Assembly: GCA_017882045.1 (NCBI GenBank)
Contig: JADGQF010000001.1
Location: 16,288-80,287, forward strand
Direction of reading: 5' to 3'
Source: Anaerolineales bacterium
GTDB lineage: Bacteria; Chloroflexota; Anaerolineae; CG2-30-64-16
DNA length: 64,000 bases
Positions within the stretch are counted from its first letter, which is position 1. Every line of letters starts with the position of its first letter. Made by a program: the position numbers and the translations under genes. Below the pieces are notes generated by a model, which made no database searches, was not told where the DNA came from, and saw only the letters and a list, made by a program, of their open reading frames with translations. Of the stretch, positions 36,276 to 44,905 are shown piece after piece.

Positions 36276-37499
36276 ATGCCGCCTACTAGCGTTTATACCG
36301 TTTCGCAGGTCAGCGCGTATATTAAGTCACTCTTTGCCGAGGATGTGCTGCTGGGTGACCTCTGGCTGTCGGGGGAGATCTCGAACTTCAAGCAGGCCAC
36401 CTCGGGTCACTGCTATTTCACGCTCAAGGACGCCACCAGTTGCATAAAGGCGGTCATCTGGCGCACGCAGGCTAACGGCATGCGCCTGCCGCGCGAGGGT
36501 GACGCGGTGGTCGCTCACGGCTATGTCTCGGTTTACGAGCCGCGCGGCGACTACCAGTTCTATGTCGATGCGCTGCAACCGGGAGGCATCGGCTGGCTGT
36601 GGCAGGAATTCCAGCGCCTCAAAACGCAACTGGAAGCCGAGGGGTTGTTCGAGGCGGCGCGCAAGCGGCCCATCCCGAGCCTGCCTCTCCGTCTGGGGAT
36701 CGTCACCTCGCCGGCAGCCGCCGCCCTGCGTGACATCCTGCGCACCCTTGACAGACGCTTCCCACTGGTCAGTGTGCTGCTCGCACCCTGTGCAGTGCAG
36801 GGCGACCTTGCGCCGGCAGGAATTGTCGCGGCCATTCAGGCCCTCAATCGCTGGTCGACAGAACGCGAGCCGCTGGACACAATCATCATCGCGCGCGGCG
36901 GTGGCTCGCTCGAAGAGTTATGGGCCTTCAACGATGAGCGGGTCGCACGCGCGATTGCCGCTTCGAGCATACCGGTCATCAGCGGGGTCGGGCACGAGAC
37001 CGACTTCACGATCGCCGACTTTGTCGCCGACTTGCGTGCGCCAACGCCCACCGGGGCGGCCACGGCGGCCGTTCCGGACATGCGTGAGCTGCGCATTGCC
37101 CTGGCCGGCCTGTTTTCGGTCGCACAGAACGAGATTGGCGCGCGCCTCGACGCGGCGCGTTCCGGGACACAAACTTTGGCTGCCCGCCTGGAGCGACTAT
37201 CGCCCCAGCGAGGCATCGCCGAGGACCGGCAACGCCTGGATGACCTTCAGCGTCGGGCCACGCTGGCGATGGCCAACCGTCTGGCCACCTGGCACGAACG
37301 CGTGCGCAGCCGCCAACAGTACCTGGACGGCATCCATCCGGCTAACGTGCTGGCGCGCGGCTACTCCATCGTGACCCGCGCCGGCGACGAGGTGGTCAGC
37401 TCCACGGAGCAGGTCTCGCCCGGCGAGCGCATCCACGTGCGGGTTAGCGACGGAACGTTCGGCGCTGAAGTGACCGGAAACCAAGGAGAGAGTAAATGA
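36276..37499 (+). CDS. xseA: Exodeoxyribonuclease VII large subunit
   Basis: Motifs are VYTVSQVSAYIKSLF...GHCYFTLKD and IIARGGGSLEELWAFNDE. Confidence 0.9.
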   Translation: MPPTSVYTVSQVSAYIKSLFAEDVLLGDLWLSGEISNFKQATSGHCYFTLKDATSCIKAVIWRTQANGMRLPREGDAVVAHGYVSVYEPRGDYQFYVDALQPGGIGWLWQEFQRLKTQLEAEGLFEAARKRPIPSLPLRLGIVTSPAAAALRDILRTLDRRFPLVSVLLAPCAVQGDLAPAGIVAAIQALNRWSTEREPLDTIIIARGGGSLEELWAFNDERVARAIAASSIPVISGVGHETDFTIADFVADLRAPTPTGAATAAVPDMRELRIALAGLFSVAQNEIGARLDAARSGTQTLAARLERLSPQRGIAEDRQRLDDLQRRATLAMANRLATWHERVRSRQQYLDGIHPANVLARGYSIVTRAGDEVVSSTEQVSPGERIHVRVSDGTFGAEVTGNQGESK

Positions 37500-37759
37500 G
37501 TCAAGCCCCATGCACCTTCGAGGACCTGTATCAGGAGCTCGAAGAGACCGTCCGGCGCCTGGAAGCGGGGAACTTGCCGCTGGCCGAATCTCTGGCCCTC
37601 TTCGAACGTGGCGCGGCCCTGACCGAACAATGTAACGCCCTGCTGGATCAGGCCGAGCTGCGCGTGCGCCAGTTAGTCGTGCGGGCTGACGGCAGCCTCG
37701 AGGCGGAGGCTGGCGATTCCCTCCAGCAAGGGCCTGAGGACTGGCCAGGGCGGGCATGA
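37496..37759 (+). CDS. xseB: Exodeoxyribonuclease VII small subunit
   Basis: FEDLYQELEETVRRLEAGNLPLAESLALFERG is the XseB signature. There is a 4-nt overlap with xseA. Confidence 0.9.
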   Translation: MSQAPCTFEDLYQELEETVRRLEAGNLPLAESLALFERGAALTEQCNALLDQAELRVRQLVVRADGSLEAEAGDSLQQGPEDWPGRA

Positions 37760-38226
37760 ACGCCCTGCACCACCTGGCGCCCAGCGGGGGGCTGTTCGCA
37801 AACCGTACACTGTGGATCGCGCTATTGGCATGGATCATCGCGCAGGTCTGGAAGTTTCTCGGGCGCCTGCTCCTCGACCGGAAGTTCGAGCCCGCGCTAT
37901 TATGGGCGCCGGGCGGTATGCCCAGCGCGCACAGCGCGCTGGTGGCTGCGTTGGCAATCAGCGTAGGTATGAACGTCGGCTTCAACTCGCCTGATTTTGC
38001 CATCGCGACGGGCATCGCGATGATCGTCATGTACGATGCTGCCGGCATCCGGCAGGCCGCCGGCAAGCATGCCCGGGTGATCAATCGCATTGTGGACGAG
38101 CTCCTCAGTGGCTATCCGGTCACCGAAGACCGCCTGCGTGAGATTCTCGGCCATACCCCACTCCAGGTAGTGGTCGGCGGCATGTTGGGCGCCTTGAGCG
38201 CGTGGCTGCTGAACCTCTGGCTCTAA
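37756..38226 (+). CDS. Divergent PAP2 family membrane protein (DUF212, acid phosphatase/vanadium haloperoxidase-related)
   Basis: Motifs are GGMPSAHSALVAAL and MYDAAGIR. There is a 4-nt overlap with xseB. Confidence 0.82.
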   Translation: MNALHHLAPSGGLFANRTLWIALLAWIIAQVWKFLGRLLLDRKFEPALLWAPGGMPSAHSALVAALAISVGMNVGFNSPDFAIATGIAMIVMYDAAGIRQAAGKHARVINRIVDELLSGYPVTEDRLREILGHTPLQVVVGGMLGALSAWLLNLWL

Positions 38227-38311
38227 GTCACTTTCCCAGCTTCGCGGAACCGCACCCCTTTCCGCGGCGTTTATAGATATGCGCCCGCGGACGGCACTTA
38301 TCGCCGTTTTG

Positions 38312-38320
38312 TGGTAGAAT
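38312..38320 (+). promoter_or_regulatory. Extended -10 element (TGgTAGAAT) upstream of the transglycosylase gene
   Basis: Read directly from the sequence. There is no good -35. It lies 28 nt before the TTG start. Confidence 0.35.
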
Positions 38321-38347
38321 CTCCTAAAATAAGCAACGGAGGTCATT

Positions 38348-40960
38348 TTGACCGTCAGGCATTACGCCTTGCTATGCATCCTGTTGTTGGCTGTCGCCGG
38401 TTGTTCACGGGTCCCCAGGCAAAACTCAACCTTTGGGCCGTCTCCCAATCCCCTCGCGACAGTTGCCTCTTTCACCGCCTCCGCACCAGGGGCAAGTTCG
38501 AGCGTCCCGGGTACGGACGCCGCGCGCCCGATAGTCACCCCGGGCACGACCGGAGCGCCGACCCTATTGCCCAACATGACAGTGCTTGCCACCGGCGTGC
38601 CGCAGCCGTCCGTCACGCTCAGCCAGGCCAGCGCGACCGCCAGTCCAGCGGCGAGCTTGACGGTCACAGCCCAGCCGGCTCCCAGCGTTGCGGAGTCGCC
38701 CCAAACGCGGTTGGAGACGGGAAAAGCCCTGCAGGCGACGGGCAACTGCCCGGCGGCCCGCCAGGAGTTTGCGGCCCTGCTGGCTGAGCAGGGTACGCCT
38801 TCCCCTGAAACGCCGCGCGCTGCGGATCGCGCTGCCGCGCAACGAACAGAAGCCGCCTACCGGCTCGCGCAATGCTATCTGACGGACGACGCCCCAGCCG
38901 AGGCTGCGGTAGTCCTGACACAACTGCTCGCGACCACTGCGCAAGATGACGCCTATCGCGCGCCGGCAACCTTCTTGCTCGGCGAGGCCCACTCGGCCCT
39001 GGCCGAATGGCAACCTGCCGAAGATGACTACCGGCGCTTCCTGGGACTGGCGCCCGACCTGTCCTCGCTCACCTGGCAGCGAATTGCAGCGGCGCGCGCC
39101 GCCGGCGGAGACCTGGCCGGCGCCGCCGCCGCCTATACGTCGGCGCTCGATGGCTCTCCCGATTGGAACAACACCGTCACGATCCGCCGCGCGCTGGCGG
39201 ACCTGGCTCTGCAGCAAAACGACGGGCGCGGCGCGGCTGCCCAATACGACACGTTACGCGGCACTCTCACGAAAGGCGCCTGGGCCGCCGAGATGCAATG
39301 GCTGGCCGGCTCTGCCCTGGACAAAGCAGGCGACCGGGCCGAAGCCCTGCAGCGCTGGCAGGCGGCGACAGTCGCTGACCCCACCAGCCGTTTCGCGCAT
39401 AGCGCCATGGCCGCCCTGGTGGACGCGGGCGCAACCGTGGATGAGTTTCTGCGCGGGCAGATCGACTACAACCGGGGCCTATACCAGTTGGCGATCGAAG
39501 CCTTCGACCGTTATGCGAGCCAGAACCCATCCGGCCAGGGTGGCCAGGCCTGGTATTACAGCGGACTGTGCTACATCGCGCTGGGCGAATTCGAGCGTGG
39601 GCTGGCCGAACTGGGCAACTTTATTGCGGCGTATCCCGATAGCCCGCTCGCAGCCGACGCATGGCTGGCCAGGGCGCGTGCCCAACAGAGCGCGGGCGAC
39701 ACACCAGGCACGATCGACACCTACCGGCAATTCGCCGCCGCGCGCCCCACCGATCCGCAGGCGCCCAAAGCGCTTTTCCAGGCCGCGAACCTGGAGGGCG
39801 GCGGAAATGCCCTGGAGACGGCTGCCCAATCCTACCTGGTCCTGGCACGGCGCTATCCTGCGGCAGACGAGGGCTGGCGCAGCTACCTGGCCGCAGGGCT
39901 GACCTACTTCCGCTTGAACAAGTGGCAGCAGGCCGCAGACATCTGGAAGGAAATGGCGGAGGCCAACCTGTCCGCCTCAGGCCGCGCTGTGGCCTACTAC
40001 TGGCTGGGACGCGCCCAGGCCGCGGCGGGCGAGCCGCAAGCAGCCCGCGCCTCCTGGTTGTCTGCCTGGCAGAGCGCCCCGACCAGCTTCTACGGCTTGC
40101 GTGCTGCCGACTGGGCCGCCCAAAACGGGCAATCCTTACCCGCGCCAAAACCGTCTGTCTCGTCGCCGGTCACGCAGACACAGTTGGCAGCCGGGCTGGA
40201 CACCTGGCTGCGCGGTTGGGCGGGCGATGGCGCCCTGGCCCCGCCGCCATCCGTCCTGGCAGACGCCGACTGGCGGCGCGGCAAGTTATTGCTTCAATTG
40301 GGGCTGCGCGCTCCCGGCCTGGCAGCCTGGGCAAACCTGCAAAAGCGACATGAAAAGGAACCCTGGACGCAGGCGGGCCTGGCGATGGCCTTCGCCGATG
40401 CCGGCGCCCACCGCCTGTCCATACTCTGCGCTGAGGAGCTGGCGGGCATGGCGCCTGGCGGCGACCTGTCTGCCGCTCCGCTGGCACTGCAAAGACTGGC
40501 CTATCCGCTGCCGTATCTCGACCTGCTGACAACGGAGGCGAACCGACGGGGGCTGGACCCGCGCCTGGTGGCAGCCGTGATCCGCCAGGAAAGCCGTTTT
40601 GACAGTGAAGCGATATCGTCAGCCGCCGCGCAGGGCCTCATGCAGATCATGCCTGCCACAGCCGACTGGATCGCCTCACGCCTGGGCTGGTCCGATTTCA
40701 CGTCCGAGCAGATCTACCGGCCCTACATCAACGTGGCTTTCGGCGCCTATTATCTACAGTGGGGACTCAACCAGTTCAATAACAACATCGCGGCAACGCT
40801 GGCGGGCTACAACGGGGGGCCGGGGAATGCGGCTGTTTGGCGCAAGTTGGCGCCAAACGACGACGATCTGATGGTAGCGCTCATCGACCTGCCCGAAACG
40901 CGCCTCTACGTCCAGGTAGTCTGGAGCCAATACGATATGTACCGGCGGCTCTATCCTTAA
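38348..40960 (+). CDS. TPR-rich lipoprotein with C-terminal lytic murein transglycosylase (Slt) domain
   Basis: TTG at 38348 lies 5 nt after GGAGG. The lipobox is LLAVAGC and the region is Ala-rich and TPR-like. The catalytic block is RQESRFDSEAISSAAAQGLMQIMPATA ... AGYNGGPGN. Confidence 0.85.
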   Translation: MTVRHYALLCILLLAVAGCSRVPRQNSTFGPSPNPLATVASFTASAPGASSSVPGTDAARPIVTPGTTGAPTLLPNMTVLATGVPQPSVTLSQASATASPAASLTVTAQPAPSVAESPQTRLETGKALQATGNCPAARQEFAALLAEQGTPSPETPRAADRAAAQRTEAAYRLAQCYLTDDAPAEAAVVLTQLLATTAQDDAYRAPATFLLGEAHSALAEWQPAEDDYRRFLGLAPDLSSLTWQRIAAARAAGGDLAGAAAAYTSALDGSPDWNNTVTIRRALADLALQQNDGRGAAAQYDTLRGTLTKGAWAAEMQWLAGSALDKAGDRAEALQRWQAATVADPTSRFAHSAMAALVDAGATVDEFLRGQIDYNRGLYQLAIEAFDRYASQNPSGQGGQAWYYSGLCYIALGEFERGLAELGNFIAAYPDSPLAADAWLARARAQQSAGDTPGTIDTYRQFAAARPTDPQAPKALFQAANLEGGGNALETAAQSYLVLARRYPAADEGWRSYLAAGLTYFRLNKWQQAADIWKEMAEANLSASGRAVAYYWLGRAQAAAGEPQAARASWLSAWQSAPTSFYGLRAADWAAQNGQSLPAPKPSVSSPVTQTQLAAGLDTWLRGWAGDGALAPPPSVLADADWRRGKLLLQLGLRAPGLAAWANLQKRHEKEPWTQAGLAMAFADAGAHRLSILCAEELAGMAPGGDLSAAPLALQRLAYPLPYLDLLTTEANRRGLDPRLVAAVIRQESRFDSEAISSAAAQGLMQIMPATADWIASRLGWSDFTSEQIYRPYINVAFGAYYLQWGLNQFNNNIAATLAGYNGGPGNAAVWRKLAPNDDDLMVALIDLPETRLYVQVVWSQYDMYRRLYP

Positions 40961-40964
40961 AAAG

Positions 40965-40998
40965 AGCGATTCCCCGGCCCACCCACCAGGGAATCGCT
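40965..40998 (+). terminator. Hairpin after the transglycosylase gene
   Basis: AGCGATTCCC-(14 nt)-GGGAATCGCT is a perfect 10-bp stem, but there is no U-tract. Confidence 0.35.
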
Positions 40999-41147
40999 TA
41001 ACTCCGGTCTACATGGAGGAACCGTATGTAGATTACGGACTCTCCTATTCGTTCTCACTCACGAGAGGACGCATTTCATCGAGCATCTGTAGTCTAGCGT
41101 CCTGACATTAAGCTTAGATGAAGGACAGCTAAGGAATAACTTAAGCT

Positions 41148-42338
41148 TTATGGATGGAGCGTGACCTTCATATCGTAAGGCACCACCTGCCACCAGCTAT
41201 TGCCGGGCTTCAATGGGATGTCCTGACCTTGAGCATCCACGAAGCGGAAGGGCGCATCTCCCATGGTGCGCACCCATTTCCCCTCGTAGACTTTGCCATC
41301 GCGCAGGATCTTGACCGGCCCCTCACCCCACAGTTGAACCTCAACCGACCGATTGACTCCGCCCGCCATTTCGGTGGTGCCATATTCCAGGATCAAGGTC
41401 TTCACGTGGTTGGCAGTGATCACGACCACGTCAGCGGCTGACAACTGCTTGCCATCCAGGGTATCCTTATGCGGTTGGCCGTCGATCGAACGCAGCCAGC
41501 GCCCGCTTGCCGCGTCATAGCCCCAACTGACAACCCCTTGCGGATAGGCGACGTCGAGCTTGCTGGCGGGCGCCGCGCCGGCGGGCGCAGCCGCGGAAAA
41601 CACCCAGGCGCCGGTGGGATTCGGTGTCTTGTTCCAACCCTTGTTCTGAGCCACGGCCCAGAGAGCAGAGGTGCTGGCAAACAAGTTGTTGGGCACTGCA
41701 ATGTTGGGATCACGGAAGTAGGACTGGCTATACATCAGAGCTTCCAGGATGTGATCGCCAAAGGCTGACTTGTATAGTTTCTGGCGCACCGGCTCGGCGC
41801 CCCCCGAGAAACAAAGGACGGCATCGAATATGACCGGTAATTCGGCATCGATCAGGCGGGCACTGCGGATCGAGCCCATGCGAGGCGCATCCTGGCTTTG
41901 ATAAATAGCGGTGAAACGCGTGGCGCTGAACTCGATCTGGCTTTCCACTACCACATCAGCCTTGCTTAAGCCCGATTGCGGCCGGACGGCGGCGATATTG
42001 GCGAATTTAACGGCTAACGGGCGGCGCTGCAACACAGCCGGGTCGGCCGGGCGCAACCCGGTGAAAGGCGAGAGACCTGGGTCGCGGGCCGGCACAATCA
42101 GGCTGGGATCGAGCGTCGGCGTTGCAGTGGGTCCGGGAGTATCGGTGGGGACCGGCGTAAACGTCGGGCTGGAAGTCGCGGTCGCTTCCCGTGCCTGAAT
42201 CATAGGTGTCTTGGTGGGGGTCGGCGTCGGAGACGCGGCCCGCCCGGCGCAGGCGCCTGCAAAAGATAACATCAGCAGCAGTGCCAGGCCGCCGCCCAAC
42301 ATTGCGAAACGAGGGGCAACTTCTTTGTTCACGAACAT
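41148..42338 (-). CDS. DUF3048-family secreted/lipoprotein (YerB-like)
   Basis: The signal peptide is MFVNKEVAPRFAMLGGGLALLLMLSFAGAC, followed by a Thr/Pro-rich linker. The core (FSATRFTAIYQSQDAPRMGSIRSARLID) matches DUF3048 as I recall it. GGAGGT abuts the ATG, so the start is uncertain. Confidence 0.75.
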   Translation of the reverse strand: MFVNKEVAPRFAMLGGGLALLLMLSFAGACAGRAASPTPTPTKTPMIQAREATATSSPTFTPVPTDTPGPTATPTLDPSLIVPARDPGLSPFTGLRPADPAVLQRRPLAVKFANIAAVRPQSGLSKADVVVESQIEFSATRFTAIYQSQDAPRMGSIRSARLIDAELPVIFDAVLCFSGGAEPVRQKLYKSAFGDHILEALMYSQSYFRDPNIAVPNNLFASTSALWAVAQNKGWNKTPNPTGAWVFSAAAPAGAAPASKLDVAYPQGVVSWGYDAASGRWLRSIDGQPHKDTLDGKQLSAADVVVITANHVKTLILEYGTTEMAGGVNRSVEVQLWGEGPVKILRDGKVYEGKWVRTMGDAPFRFVDAQGQDIPLKPGNSWWQVVPYDMKVTLHP

Positions 42339-42366
42339 ACCTCCGAGAGGATGGCAAACTGGCGCG

Positions 42367-42396
42367 ATTATACACGGCGCGCACACAAAACGTAAA
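42367..42396 (-). promoter_or_regulatory. Putative promoter of the DUF3048 gene
   Basis: On the minus strand: TTTACG (42396-42391), 18-nt spacer, TATAAT (42372-42367). Confidence 0.45.
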
Positions 42397-42543
42397 ACAC
42401 TGCGTGACGATTATCACGCGTACCGGCGTCATAAAGAGGCAAAGATAAAATCGTCCCGACTTCCGGCTTGCTTCGCGCCTTGTCGCCATTGTCAGCGCAA
42501 ACAGGTGCTGGATATTAAAACTATTACTTGCGCCAAAATCTGT

Positions 42544-42572
42544 TTGACAAGCGTTCGCTCTAATGCTATCCT
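42544..42572 (+). promoter_or_regulatory. Putative promoter of ABC transporter operon 1
   Basis: TTGACA (42544-42549), 17-nt spacer, TATCCT (42567-42572). This predicts a 5' leader of about 245 nt. Confidence 0.6.
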
Positions 42573-42823
42573 GACCTGGGCAGAGTATAACCCCGAACGA
42601 GCCTATCGTCGGAGTCCAATCGGCTTTTTGTCTCGGGCGTTGGGCTTGTTGAGACGCCCTATTCAGCGGAATGGCAACAAAGGGGGTGATGCCTCAGCCA
42701 GAAGGTGAACTAGCGATACCAGGCGTATCGGGTCGTGATCAGCCGGCGCATTGATATTGCCCTCAATGCCAGGCCGGCCGCCGTGTCAGCCATCAACCTC
42801 AGATTAGTAGTTCGGAGGAGAAA

Positions 42824-44761
42824 ATGTCCGCGAAGAAATGGTTCTCTGTGCTGGCGATCCTCGTGTTGGCCAGCATGATCGTCACCGCATGTGGCGCCCC
42901 TGCCACTCCCCAGGTTGTCGAGAAGGTTGTGACCCAGGTCGTCAAGGAAACCCAGGTGGTCGAGAAGATCTCGACGCAGATCATCCAGCAGACCCAGGTC
43001 GTCACGCAGGTCGTGGCTAAGGAAGACTTTACCACTCCCGACCCGATCCTGAGCGACGTGAAGGTGCGCCAGGCGATCGCCCTGTGCACCGACCGCGCAG
43101 GCGCAATCAAATCGGTATACCCCTTCGTGACCGATCAGAAGGCGCTCCTGATGGACACCTTCCTGACCAAGACCCATTGGGCCTACGGCGGCCCCTACCT
43201 GCCCGACCTCTCCTATAATCCTGACAAGGGCAAGGCCTTGCTGGATGAGGCCGGCTGGAAACTGGCGAAGCCAGACGATACCTACCGCACGAACAAGAAT
43301 CAAGAAACCCTGGCCGTGAAGTTCACCACCACCGATGCCCAATTCCGCCAGACCTGGTCCGCAGTAGTTGAGCAAAGCCTGAAGGGCTGCGGCATCCAGC
43401 TCCTGCGCAACTTCGTGCCCGCCTCCTGGTGGTTCGGCAGCACGAGCGGCCTGCAGCGGCGTGACTTCCAGTTGGGCGCTTACGCCTGGGTAGGCGAAGC
43501 CGACCCCAAGGGCCAGACGCTCTATTCCTGCAACCAGATCCCGCTGCCCAGCAATAACTGGGTCGGCCAGAACTACATGGGCTGGTGCAACAAGACGGCC
43601 AGCGATGCAGTCATCGCCGCCAACAACACCTTGAACAAGGACGAGCGCAAGAAGTTCTACAACATCGTGCAGCAGGAATTCGTCAAGGACATGGTCTCGC
43701 TGCCGATGTTCAACCGTGTCGAAGCCGAGGCCTGGGGCAACAACTTCCTGGGCCTGAAGCCCGACCCGACCGAATACGGCACCGCCAGCGTCGAACAGTG
43801 GAGCCTGAAGAACAACAAGACCAGCCTGGTCATCGGCTTCTCGCAGGAGCCGGCCTCCATGTACGCCATCGCCGAATCGGCGGCCGTGCAGCGCGAGGTT
43901 AACGACCTGGTCTTCGGGCGCGGCTACACGCAGTTCAGCTACGATTACCAGCCGTGGCTCTTCGAGCTGAGCACCCTGGAAAACAAGCTGGCCACCAACA
44001 ATATGGTGGACGTCAAGGCCGGCGACATGGTCTGGAACACGGACAACAAGCCGGAGAAGCTTGCCAAGGGCACCAGGATCATCGTTAAGGGCGCAGAACT
44101 CACCTACGACGGCACGAGCGCCCTGCAACTGCCCCAGCTCGTCGTCACCTACAAGATGAAGAACCCGCTCACCTGGAGCGACGGCAAGCCGGTAGTAGCC
44201 GCGGACCTGCAACTGGGCTACAAGCAGGACTGCAACAAGGACTCCGGCGCGCTGGACTACACGACCTGCGACGCGACGCAGAAGGCCGAATTCAGCGACA
44301 CCGGCGAGGTTGTGACCTACCTGCCGGGCTACCAGGCCTCCCTGTATTTCCTCGGGCCCGCTTTCTCCATCTACCCGGCGCATGAGGTGCTGAAGGACGG
44401 CCGCAAGCTGGCGGACGTGCCGGCCAAGGAATGGTCGACCCTGCCGGAGATCGCCGAACTTCCGATGGGCTATGGCCCTTACATGATGACCGCCTGGAAC
44501 AAGGGCCAGAACATCAAGCTGACGGTGAACCCGAACTACAAGCCGGCCCCGAAGATCAAGGACATCACGATCGTGATCATCGCGGACACCAACCAGGCCA
44601 AGGCGCAGCTGCTGAGCGGCGACGTGGACTGGCTGGAGAAGGCCACCCTGGGTGCAGATTTCGGCGACCTGATCACTGCCGGCAAGGCAGGCAAGATCGG
44701 CATCCAGGTGATCGCCAGCCCGACCTGGGAACACATCGACTTCAACCTGTTCACCAAGTAA
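42824..44761 (+). CDS. ABC transporter substrate-binding lipoprotein, family 5 (peptide/nickel/opine type), system 1
   Basis: GGAGGAG lies upstream. The lipoprotein signal is MSAKKWFSVLAILVLASMIVTAC, followed by a QVVEKVVTQVV-type tether and an SBP_bac_5-like body. The antisense ORF 42710..44779 is rejected. Confidence 0.88.
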   Translation: MSAKKWFSVLAILVLASMIVTACGAPATPQVVEKVVTQVVKETQVVEKISTQIIQQTQVVTQVVAKEDFTTPDPILSDVKVRQAIALCTDRAGAIKSVYPFVTDQKALLMDTFLTKTHWAYGGPYLPDLSYNPDKGKALLDEAGWKLAKPDDTYRTNKNQETLAVKFTTTDAQFRQTWSAVVEQSLKGCGIQLLRNFVPASWWFGSTSGLQRRDFQLGAYAWVGEADPKGQTLYSCNQIPLPSNNWVGQNYMGWCNKTASDAVIAANNTLNKDERKKFYNIVQQEFVKDMVSLPMFNRVEAEAWGNNFLGLKPDPTEYGTASVEQWSLKNNKTSLVIGFSQEPASMYAIAESAAVQREVNDLVFGRGYTQFSYDYQPWLFELSTLENKLATNNMVDVKAGDMVWNTDNKPEKLAKGTRIIVKGAELTYDGTSALQLPQLVVTYKMKNPLTWSDGKPVVAADLQLGYKQDCNKDSGALDYTTCDATQKAEFSDTGEVVTYLPGYQASLYFLGPAFSIYPAHEVLKDGRKLADVPAKEWSTLPEIAELPMGYGPYMMTAWNKGQNIKLTVNPNYKPAPKIKDITIVIIADTNQAKAQLLSGDVDWLEKATLGADFGDLITAGKAGKIGIQVIASPTWEHIDFNLFTK

Positions 44762-44783
44762 CACGGTTTTGGCCGGCACATAC

Positions 44784-44876
44784 GATCTGTCGCCCGGCTT
44801 ACGCCGAGCGACAGATCCTCACACGGTTTTTGACCACTGGGCGGGCATCTCCTTCAGCAGGAAGCGCCCGCCCAGT
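44784..44876 (+). other. Two strong intercistronic hairpins between the binding-protein and permease genes
   Basis: GATCTGTCGC/GCGACAGATC (44784-44817) and ACTGGGCGGGC/GCCCGCCCAGT (44836-44876). Each is preceded by a copy of ACACGGTTTT(T)G(G/A)CC (44761, 44821). Confidence 0.55.
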
Positions 44877-44905
44877 TTATACCTGACGCGAGCGGATAGC
44901 CCCTT

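Noticed and set aside
42579-42823. Assignment of the operon-1 leader to a known riboswitch class (cobalamin, TPP, SAM-I, NiCo)
   Set aside because: I could not find the conserved cores by eye (B12 box, CUGAGA/ACCUGAUCUGG, SAM-I junction). It is left as an unclassified structured leader.
42710-44779. 689-aa antisense ORF opposite SBP1 (and likewise 51627..53654 opposite SBP2)
   Set aside because: The sense strands encode lipoprotein signal peptides with strong SDs and family-5 SBP bodies. The antisense translations are low-complexity (Gly/Arg/Val/Leu/Asp-rich).
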